Positions 53,041 through 64,000 of a stretch of 64,000 nucleotides of DNA are shown here, one piece after another. How positions within the stretch are numbered: the first letter of the stretch is position 1; each line of letters starts with the position of its first letter. Position numbers and translations under genes: made by a program. Location: contig OZ024743.1 of NCBI GenBank assembly GCA_964016885.1, positions 84,320,001 through 84,384,000 of the forward strand. Reading direction: 5' to 3'. The DNA comes from Eledone cirrhosa (taxonomy: Eukaryota). The notes under the pieces are model-generated. The model worked only from the letters and a program-made list of their open reading frames with translations. It made no database searches and was not told the DNA's origin.

Positions 53041-54982
53041 AGAGGTTTGCCAATGTTCTGCGACGGGAAGATCAGATGCGTGCAGTGTTCCACATTGCAA
53101 GGCAGTGTGTCAGTGCAAATCAGGATGTTGTTGGAGATAAATGTGTCCGGAATGATGCCGGTGTACTTAGTGTCACGAATGATCAGAAAAAGGAGACCTG
53201 GAAATGTCATTATGAGAGACTGATGAATGTGGAGAACGAATGGGAGAGAGAGAAATTACCCTCAGTAGATTCGACAGAGGGACCAGCTATTGAGATTGAC
53301 GAATATAGGATCCAAGAGGTGATTAAGGAAATGAAAAATGGTAAGGCTGCTGGACCATCGGGAATAGTTGCTGAGATGCTGAAGGCATCAGGGGACGTAG
53401 GCACTAAACTGGTTGCACGCATCATCAATCAGGCTATATATGGTGGTGTCATACCCAAAGACTGGAGCAGCAGTATTCTCATAAATTGCTACAAAGGTAA
53501 AGGGGATGCTCTGGAGAGGCGCAATTATAGGGGTATAAAACTGATGGATCAGGTTATGAAAGTGGCAGAAAGGATATTAGCACAACTAATTAGAGAAAGG
53601 GTCAAACTAGATGAGATGCAGTTTGGCTTTGTGCCTGGGAAGAGTACAACAGATGCCCTCTGCTTGGTGAGACAATTGCAAGAGAGGTTCTTAGAGAAAA
53701 ATAAGCCACTATACTTAGCCTTTGTTGACCTAGAAAAGGCCTTTGATAGGGTACCCCGATCTGGTCATCTGGTGGTCCCTAAGGAAACTAGGTGTTGAGG
53801 AATGGCTTGTGAGGACAGTGCAAACTTTGTACAGAGGTACTGTCAGTAAAGTCAGGGTAGGAATGGAGTTTAGTGAGGAATTCCAGATACAAGTAGGAGT
53901 ACATCAAGGTTCGGTCCTCAGCCCGCTCTTGTTCATTATAGTCCTCCAAGCCATAACAGAGGAGTTTAAGACTGGCTGTCCATGGGAACTTCTCTATGCT
54001 GACGATCTGGTTCTTATAGCAGAATCAGTAGAGGAGCTAGAGAATAAATTCTGGCTATGGAAACAGCAGTTGGAAACAAGAGGACTGAGAGTGAACTTAG
54101 CTAAGACAAAAGTGTTGATAAGTAGAAAAGAGGACAAAACTCTGATTCCATCAGGGAAATAGCCATGTTCGATATGCAGAAAAGGAACTGGCATAAATTC
54201 TATAAAATGCACACAATGCAGATCCTGGGTACACAAGAGATGTAGCGGGATAGCAGGCAAACTAACAGGTAAGGAGAAATACGTATGCAGTAGATGTACA
54301 GGGAAATTAGACAGTAGAAGTCGCATTGATAGACTCATTTTTCAAATGCAGGCGGGTGCTATAGAAGTGGTGGATAGCTTCCAGTACCTAGGAGATCAGA
54401 TTAGCATGGGAGGGGGGTGTTCCGAGGCCATAGTATCTAGAATAAGGACAGGTTGGAAGAAGTTTAGGGAGCTGCTTCCTCTGCTGACAAAGAAGGGTTT
54501 CTACTTGCGTATGAAAGGCCGGTTATATGATGCCTGTGTGAGGAGCACGATGCTGCATGGTAGTGAGACTTGGGCAGCAACTGCAGAGGATATGCGACGG
54601 CTGGAGAGAAATGAGGCAAGCATGCTCCGTTGGATGTGAAATGTCAATGTGTGTGAATGATCCAGCATGAATGTGTTGAGAGAGAAACTGTGTCTGAGAG
54701 GGATAGAATGTTGTGTATGGGAGAGGAGACTGAGGTGGTATGGACATGTGATGCGCATGGAGGATGACTGATGGGTGAAGAAGTGTCAGAAAATGCCAGT
54801 TGAAGGAAGACGTGGTAGAGGTAGACCACGAAAAACATGGGCGGAGGTGGTGAGAACAGACCTCAGATCGCTGAAGCTCACGGTGGAGATGACGAAGGAC
54901 CGTGACAAGTGGAGAGATGGTGTGATGAATAAGACCCATCCCACCCTTGCAAGCAGGGAAGAGCGGACGTAAAATGATGATG

Positions 54983-54984
<2 letters not shown>
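53037..54984 (+). mobile_element. 5'-truncated RTE LINE (RTE-A): RT domain, PHD-like finger and C-terminus; inactivated
   Basis: Motifs NYRGIKL, QFGF, FVDLEKAFDRV, GVHQGSVLSPLLF, YADDL and RGRGRPRKTW. Frameshift near 53760 and several stops. Tail ggacgtaaaa(tga)n, (TA)n on both sides. Confidence 0.95.
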
Positions 54985-55024
<40 letters not shown>

Positions 55025-55029
<5 letters not shown>

Positions 55030-55842
55030 GAAAGGCAGGCTGTATGATGCCTGCATACGAACAGCAATGTTACATGGCAGTGAGACTTGGGCATTGTGTG
55101 CAGAGGATATACGCAGACTGGAGAGGAACGAAGCTTGCATGCTCCGCTGGATGTGTAATAGTAATATACGTGAACAGCAAAGCATAAATGAACTAAGGGA
55201 GAAATTAGGAATAAGAGGGATCAGATGTTGTTTACTCGAGAGAAGATTACGTTGGTACGGTCACGTGATGCGCATGAAAGATGACAGCTGTATAAAAAAG
55301 TGCAGGGCGATAAAAATAGACGGCAGCCACAGAGTAGGCAGACCCAGAAAAACCTGGGACGACTTGATAAATTCCGACCTCACAGACTTACACCTCTCCA
55401 AGACACTGTCACTGGACCGAGATCTTTGGCGCTACACAGTAATACAGAAGACCCGCCTTGCCTAAATAAAAAGCGAAACCTACAGTCAGTAGGCACCTCT
55501 TAACAAAAATACACCCCCGTCCCACTACCTCCACCCCATCCACACCACCCTTTTCGATGTAAAGTTATGTTGGTACCACAATATCCAGTCCGAAATAAAT
55601 GAGGTCGTGTAGGTGTCACAACAAAAAATACACAGTCCACGCTGTAATGTGGCCGTGTAGGTAACACTGGAAAAACCTCCCAGTCCACACTGTAAACGTG
55701 GTTGGTGTTAAGAAGGGCATCCAGCTGTAGAAAACCCGCCAGACAGTCCTATACGAGCAAAACAACCACTCTTGCCTCAAGTGGGAAAATTCCCCTCCAA
55801 ACCCATGCAAGCATGGAACATGGACGTTAAACGATGATGATG

Positions 55843-55845
<3 letters not shown>
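55025..55845 (+). mobile_element. 5'-truncated RTE LINE (RTE-B): open ORF end plus a 380-nt 3' UTR
   Basis: ORF 55028-55465 reads KGRLYDACIRTAMLHGSETW...RLRWYGHVMRM...GRPRKTW. Tail ggacgttaaacga(tga)n, (TA)n on both sides. Confidence 0.92.
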
Positions 55846-55883
<38 letters not shown>

Positions 55884-56243
55884 TAAATATAGAGAATAAA
55901 TCTGTTCTTTTATTTAGCTGCTAGTGGCGAGGTAGACAATGCGTCTATGTTTACTTCCGCTTCTACTAAGGGTTGGTTCATGCATAGGTCAAATTTTCGG
56001 CCCCATTCGAACCTGTGCTAGCTGGCCGATGGCAATATATTTTGCCGTTCCTGGGACTTTTTGTCCTAGGAAAGTAAAATGCTCTCTGATGATCTGAACT
56101 TTTCCATTGGAAGTCCCTAGGGATCTCCAATCTTTTGTGAAGTGAAACCGTCGGTAAAAGCAATTGGAATAGGTAAATATTTAAATTCTATTTTTTAATT
56201 TATTTAAAAAAATTGTTTGAATCTTGCTTGCTTCGCTTATCTC

Positions 56244-56286
<43 letters not shown>

Positions 56287-58439
56287 GAGAGAGAGAGAGA
56301 GAGAGAGAATAGAAATAGAAACCTTACTGTAACATTGACTACATAATGTAGTCTAATAATTGTTTCTACATTTGGCACAAGGCCAGCAATTACTGATACT
56401 TTATTTTATCGACCCTGTATGGGATGCAACTATGCTGAAAAGCATGTCCAACCCTCTACCGATACTGCCAATTCACCGCCACATCCACTGAACAGAAAAA
56501 GATGGGTATTATCATGTGCTGATACCCATCTGTTTCCCTTCAGTAGAAAAGTGTATTTAGTATACTGGAGAGGGATGGGCTCTGCCAGGTTTAAAAATGC
56601 CCTAGAAACACCATATGTCAATACATTGCTCCTACGACTCCGCCAAGAGTTATAGGATCATGCATACATATGCAGTGCCAAACAGGGCCATCTTTTGTAG
56701 GAGAGTAATATGTGCTTAAAACTCTGCTCAATATACTCTCTGTTTTATTGGTATCAAGTCCAAAGCTCCAATGATAGGTGATATTCACCACATTCATGCA
56801 ATTTCAATCTTCAAGTTAGTATATTTTATTATTTTTTCCATCTAAGGCTATGTTGTGATCCTATGGGATGGTAACATCAATAACCTGGCATTCACACCTA
56901 TTTCTGAGCATAACTACAATATCCAGTAGAGAGGGCAAACTGTCCAAGTACCAGCCACTCTCTGAAAGGCTTATGGTTGAGCCTGTAGCAGTGGAGACTT
57001 TCGGTGTTCTTCAACCCCTGAACCACATCCCTACTGATTGCTATCGAAGTGGAGATGTATGTATTCTCCATCCTGGGGGGTAAGTTAGTTATAGGTGGAG
57101 GATACTTGTTCGGATGTCACTTTCTCTGTATTCTTTTTAAAATCTCTTTATCCCTTTAGCATTTACATTACTCTATATATACTTTTGTATTTTTGTGGTA
57201 AAGGCTTTATCTCACATAATATCTAACATAGTATCAAATCTATGAGATTTTGATATTATTTATTTTGAGAACAATACCTTAACAGTTACGGCCAGTTTGA
57301 ACAGAAAGAAGTAGAGAATTCTGGCCAGATACAGCTGGTTTAATATAAGCCTCTGTTCACTGTCTTTTAGCATTAGTTTTTATGACAACATCAGGTCTGT
57401 TGTATTCAAGTTTGTGATCCATTATTTTTTGCACATTATCATTATAGCCCTTTACTTTCTGAGTTCAAATCCCGCCAAGGTTAGCTTTGCCTTTCATTCT
57501 TATGGGGTCAATAAAATAAAACACCAGTAACACACTGGAGTCGATTTAATCGACTTTCTCCTGCCCCTTCAAATTGCTGGAAGTGTGTATGTCTGTGTGA
57601 GTGAATGAGTGTGTTTAAGAGCATGTGACTGTGGGATGTGTGTGTGAATGTGGAATGTGTGTACGTTTGTGTGTGTGTGTGTCAGTGAGTAAGCAGGAAA
57701 GAGAGTGAATGAGTGGGTGTATCTGTGTGTGTGACAATGTGGAATGTGAGTGTGTGTGTATGAGTAAATGAATGTTTGTGTGTGTGAGTATTGGATGTGT
57801 ATATGTTTACGTGTGTGAGAGTGAGACAGTATGTGATGTGTGACAGTGCGATTGTGTGTGTATGTGTATATATGTGTGGTGTGTGTGTGTGTGTGTGAGG
57901 TGTGTGTTTGTGCGACTGGTGATGTGTGTGGTGCATGTGGTGTATGTTTGTGTGACTGGTTGATTGTGTGTATATGTGAGTGGTGACTGTGATGACTGTG
58001 TGTGTATGGGGGGGGGGGGGGTATGTGTGGTGTGTGTGCACGTTATATGTGACTGGGAATAGGAAAGAGAAGAAATGCTTAGTTGATTTGGTGTGCAATG
58101 GTAAAAGTAAATAGCAGTGACAAACTAGTTTACTGGGACAACAGCAGCAGCTATATAGCTGCTGTAGAATATGTGTATGTCTGCATGTGAGTGTATATAT
58201 ATACATATATATAAATACACATATGTGTGTGTGTGTGTAAATGTATGTATGTGCATATAATGCATATATATGTGTGTTTATATATATATATATACTACAG
58301 ATAAGTAGCTGGGCAATGTCCTGGTGTAAAACATAGCAAAGGACAGAGAGAGAGGGGTGAGGGGGAGAAAAAGAGAGGAGGGACAATAATCAGAGGAACT
58401 GTGCAGTTAACTGGGCTTCAAAAGATATCACAGTCAACA

Positions 58440-58802
58440 CCATATACACACATGGGTGTGTATAATATATATACACACATATATATACATATACATACAC
58501 ACACACACATATATATATATACATACACACACACACATATATATATATATACATATACATACACACACATATATATATACATATACATACACACACACAC
58601 ATATATATATACATATACATACACACACACACACATATATATACATATACATACACACACACACATATATATACATATACATACACACACACACACATAT
58701 ATACATATACATACACACACACACATATATACATACACATACACACACACACATATATATACATATACATACACACACACACACATACACACACACACAC
58801 AT

Positions 58803-58849
<47 letters not shown>

Positions 58850-58855
58850 CATATG

Positions 58856-58907
<52 letters not shown>

Positions 58908-58980
58908 CAGATATATATGTATACACATACACATATATACATACACATATATATGTTTATACATATACACACACATCTAT
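58440..58980. repeat. Compound (CA)n/(TA)n microsatellite
   Basis: Read directly. Confidence 0.92.
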
Positions 58981-60441
58981 ATTTGTCACAAACCCATTGT
59001 GAGATGAGGGAGGCAGGACTCAGTGGTTTACATCAGGTTTTACAGCAAGCTGTCAGCAGGACCCATACTATATCAGTGCTAAGTACCAAGGTAAATACAT
59101 ACATTATACAGATATCACCATCATCACCATCACCATATACCCGACACTATCACTACTAAATACTGAGATAAAGGCAAACATCACACCTAAGAGATCATCA
59201 TCATCATCTTCACTGTATATCCCACACTATCACTGCTAAACACCTAGGTAAAAGCATACATCACACACAAGACTTCATCACCATTATCATAAACATCATC
59301 ATCATCATTTACATAACATGCAAGATTTCATCACCACCCTCATCATCATCACCACCACCATCTGTGTATATAACCCACACTGTTGCTTCTAAGTGTTATA
59401 TCTTGTGAGATTACTGGATGCAGGTATGGCTGTGTGGTTAGGGAGTTCACTATGCAATCATGTAGTTTCAGGTTGAGTCATCTTGGAGCAAATGTCTTCT
59501 ACTATATTGTATCGGGCTGACCAATGTCTTGTCAATAAAATTTGGAAAACGGAAACAGTAAAAGCCTATTGTATGTGTATGAGAGGGAGAGAGAGAGAGT
59601 GTCTATGTGTGTGTGTGTATATATATATATACAGAGAGTGTGGACATTAAAATGATGATGATGATGATAGATATCCCAATGATTCCATATGAATGAAACA
59701 GTTCTAGTTCTGTGGAAGTCATTTCTATATAAACTATATTATCATCATCATCACCATTTTACGTCCGTTCTTCCACGCTAGCATGGGTTAGACGGGTAGT
59801 CCTGTTGTGGGCAGTGTCCGGTCGGCTGACCATGCCTTGCTCATCCGGGAACTGATATATATATATATATATGTGTGTCAAAGCAAACATTAAAGGATAA
59901 TGATGGTATATATCAATATCCTTGTGATGCTCAGATATTTTTTTCTCTTCCAACAAATCATGGATTTTTTAAATGTCACTGATGATACACAAGTGATATA
60001 AAGTTATGTGTTTACATGGTTTATTCATTTTTATGTTCAGATCTTAGTATGTGGAGTTACTCCTATATACTAAAATGCAGCTTAATGAAAATTTTCCATT
60101 TACCATACTCCTCACACTTTATTTGCTGAAACATGCGTAAGACTAATAAAAATACCTGAAATTCCATCACAATTATTAATTCCATCCTCTATTATATCTA
60201 TATATATATATGTATGTATGTATGGAAAAGCCAAACAGAAATAACAAAGCAAACAACACAGTAAAATAAAGAAATATATCACTAGTTTTATGCTTGGTAT
60301 AGTAGGAAAAGAGTCTTAACGTTTTGGACGCTAGTCCGCCATCAGAAAATAGAATGAGAAATCAAAGAAGAAATAAAAAGATAGAGGAGGATGGACAGTG
60401 GCAGAAACGAAAAAATTTCTTTTATATATATATATAAAAGA

Positions 60442-60471
<30 letters not shown>

Positions 60472-60472
<1 letters not shown>

Positions 60473-60733
60473 CCAGTCCTAAATAAATGAGGTCGTGTAG
60501 GTGTCACGACAAAAAAACACACAGTCCACGCTGTAATGTGGCCATGTAGGTAACATGGTAAAAACCTCCCAGTCCACACTGTAAACGTGGTTGGTGTTAG
60601 GAAGGGCATCCAGCTGTAGAAAGCCTGCCAGACAGTCCTATACGAGCAAGACAACCAATCTTGCCTCACGTGGGACAATTCCCGTCTAAACCCATGCTAG
60701 TGTGGAAGATAGACGTTAAACGATGATGATGAT
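60472..60733 (+). mobile_element. 5'-truncated RTE-B 3' UTR copy in (TA)n
   Basis: Collinear with 55585-55845. Confidence 0.85.
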
Positions 60734-62539
60734 ATATATTCTAAATTTATATATATACATATATATATGTTTGTACCTGTGTTTGTCATTTGTTAGTATA
60801 CAATCCACACTTACATGTCAATTCTCATAATTGGGACTGGATCTACCTGGCATCTTGGGACTATGACCACCTACCAATTTTGACCAGCCATGGATCACTA
60901 CCGGATTACTTGAACTTCGGATTGTGGGAGTTTCTTTTTTAACTGTTCACCACACCAATCTTCCACGATCTTCTCTCTTCTTCTATCTTCCTGTTGTTCC
61001 TTTTCTCAAGGGATTTTTTTGTTTTCTAATCTATCAACTATTATACTCTCCTGATGAAGGACTAACGTCCAATATATATATCCAGAGAGAGAGAGAGAGA
61101 TGTCTGTGTGTGTGAGTATCTTTCTTTACTTTTATTGTTTGTTTATATCTTGTAACCAAACAGTTTGATAAATAGGGATTGATAAAATAAATACCAGACT
61201 TGAAAAAAAAACGTACTGGAGTCAACATGGGTTACTAAATCCTTTTTAGACAGTGCTCCAACATGGCCACAGAATATTGCCCGAGACCAGTAAAAGAATA
61301 AAAGAATTAAGTTATCTGCCCTTGGTTTTATATGTTTGGATGGTTAGTATATATGGGATGTTATGTGAGGTGGTATGGGTGGCTGGTATATGGGATTGTA
61401 GATAGTATGAGGGTAGTATACTGAGTGTCATGGATGGCTTTTGTAGGAGGTAGAGTAATATGAAGGGGTAATATGAGGGGTGGTATGGGGGTCGTTTACT
61501 GAGTGGTATGAATGGCTTTTGTAGGAGGTGGGGTAGTATGTAAGGGTAGTATGTGGGGTGGTATTTGGTCTAGTATGTAAGTAGCATGGTGAGTAGTATG
61601 GGAATGGGGTGGTATGGATGAATAGTATGAGGGGTGGGATGATATGTGGGTGGATGGTATAAGGGATAGGAGTTGTAGTGGGGTGGCATGTATGATGGTA
61701 TGTGAGTGGTATGAGTGGGGATAGTACATAGGGTGATGTATGGGGTGCTGTATGGATTATGTGGGAGGTATCATAGGGTGGTGTGGGTGGCTGGTATGGT
61801 GGGGCTGATGCAGGTAAGTTTGGGGTGTTCCATCTATTTAAACCCAGACACAGTCACTAACTTTCAGTTAATAAACTGGAGTTGACATGTGGTTTTAATA
61901 ACAACACTTGACATCACTTAGGATGAGAGAGAGAGAGAGAGAGAGAGTATGTGAATGAGAGAGTGAGTGAGTGAAAGAGAGTATGTGAATGAGAGAGTGA
62001 GTGAGTGTAAGAAAGAGAGTATGTGAATGAGAGAGTGAGTGAGTGTAAGAAAGAGAGTATGTGAATGAGAAAGTGAGAATATGTGCATGAGAAAGTGTAA
62101 GAGCGAGAGAGTGTGTGTTTGTGTGTGTGTACGAGAAAGCGTATGTGTGAGAGAGAGAATGTGCATATGAGAGAGAGAAACAGTGTGTGTGTGTCTGTGT
62201 GTAAATGTAACTAGTGTGTATGCCTTAGTGTTAGTGTACGTATGAGTATGTGTAGATACCTTAATGTTATTGTGTATATGTATTAATATATGTGTATTTG
62301 TTGGTAGTAATTGAGAGGAAAGTAAATATATATCCGAATGTGGTGGTGGTGGTGAGAGATTCGGTGATACATTTTTGGGAGGATTTAAAGTATTGTTCTC
62401 ACTATATACACACACACATACACACATACATTTCTAGAGCCCAGAGACTTACAGCAAGTCATCCTGTCCAGGTATCAAACCCAAACATTGACATTGAAAC
62501 CATGAGTTCAACGACCTAACAACTAGCTTGCATTCCTCC

Positions 62540-62579
<40 letters not shown>

Positions 62580-62582
62580 CTG

Positions 62583-62639
<57 letters not shown>

Positions 62640-63491
62640 GAGCGGAGCAAGCAATTATCAAACAATCATTTTTATAGTTCTGGTATCTCAAATTAGTACC
62701 ATCGAACCACAACTATTATAAACACCATGCATATTTCTGTAGGTACCTAGTGCCTGTTGGAATATTCATACCCTTATATATATATATATAAAAAAACATA
62801 TGAGCAAGATGAGGTCTCTCCAACCCATATCAGTAAAGAATGCAGATGTAAAACGATGATGGTGATGAAGATAAATCATCATCATCATAATAATAATATA
62901 TATGGTACAAAAACTGTGGTTCAGATATGAATATATCATATGGAAATGTGGTTTAGATATAAGTATGCTATGTAAAGATGTAGTTTGAACATAAAAGGAT
63001 GATAATAATGATTGTATAAAGATAGATATATATATTCATTTATTGATGTTTGAAGTTTGATCAGGGACCAGAAGTAAATTCTATATCACCATGTACAAGG
63101 GTCTTCTATATCACAATAGATATATTAAAATAACTTTATTAATATTTAAAAACGGAAAAGGAATGGAAAGGCAAGGGTGGATTCCACTATAATGTATGTA
63201 CACTCACACACACACATTTGGATTTGGAAAGGTGGTGGAGGGATGGGGCTCAGTAGCAAAATAAACTATACTGTATATTTTTACATTATATATTTCAAGA
63301 AATAATGTGTGTGTATGTGTGAGGGTGTTTTCTAAGTGAAAATATGACAGTAACTGCGAAGTCACTGCCACTTTTCTACTTAGAATATAGATTTCTACAC
63401 TCTACTTGTCAGTATTGAGTGGTCATTCAGTTAATATTTGAATGTTTTAAATGCGACCGTATTTTAAACACACATTCTAATACACATGCAC

Positions 63492-63547
<56 letters not shown>

Positions 63548-64000
63548 CATACATACATACATACATCTACACACAACTATACGCACACACACACATATAT
63601 ATCAATGCTCTACGGATGTAATGTCGAACATCGATACCATCATCCTACTACATTCACTAGTTATCTGTAGTATATAGAAAATGTTTGCTAAGAACGTAAT
63701 GACTTCCACCGCCACCATCGATGACAAATGTCAACTACCAAAATACATGAGAGAATATAATGATTGACTTGAATGAAATACATGAATGAAGTAATTATTA
63801 CATAAAATTTTATAAACGTAAAGACCCAAGGGGAAATAACTGTGAGCTGTAACTCTTAGTTATGTCCCTTGGTAATTGTCGTAATCGGGCGACGATGATT
63901 AATTATTGTACTATAAATTTTTGCGTAAATATTCCCCTCTCCCATCAATCTCTCTCTTTTTCTCTCTCGCTCTCTGTTTCCACTCTCACACACACAGCGA

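Noticed and set aside
55900-56180. CpG-containing segment between AT tracts as a possible exon
   Set aside because: No MIB1 similarity and no convincing splice context. It is probably an unclassified repeat.
34693-64000. The expected upstream MIB1 exon (DTPLHDAISKK...HHAALRGNP)
   Set aside because: Not found by eye. It probably lies beyond the window; tblastn would settle this.

Overview
AT-rich, microsatellite-dense animal genomic DNA. The SINE and RTE families point to a coleoid cephalopod, probably Octopus (inference). The whole window lies inside a minus-strand mind bomb 1 (MIB1) E3 ligase gene. Three ankyrin-region exons (34692-34560, 7041-6955, 2153-2025) splice in frame across introns of about 27.5 kb and 4.8 kb, and I found no further exon in the remaining 29 kb. 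The introns hold decayed LINEs (several RTE families, CR1, L1/Tx1, Vingi-like), tRNA-derived CORE/Ceph-type SINEs, piggyBac-type MITEs, a Helitron-like element, a 7.3-kb 58-bp satellite and smaller minisatellites. Most notable: (1) fold-back elements in or beside (TA)n tracts that carry minimal hammerhead-ribozyme motifs, probably Penelope-like remnants; (2) a near-full-length 5S rRNA copy fused to an RTE 3' tail; (3) an RTE LINE whose 3' UTR contains the Ceph-type SINE domain, alongside SINEs that share the tail of a neighbouring RTE; (4) repeated RTE-tail insertions into (TA)n; (5) a degraded 28S rRNA fragment. All family names come from recalled motifs; no database search was run.
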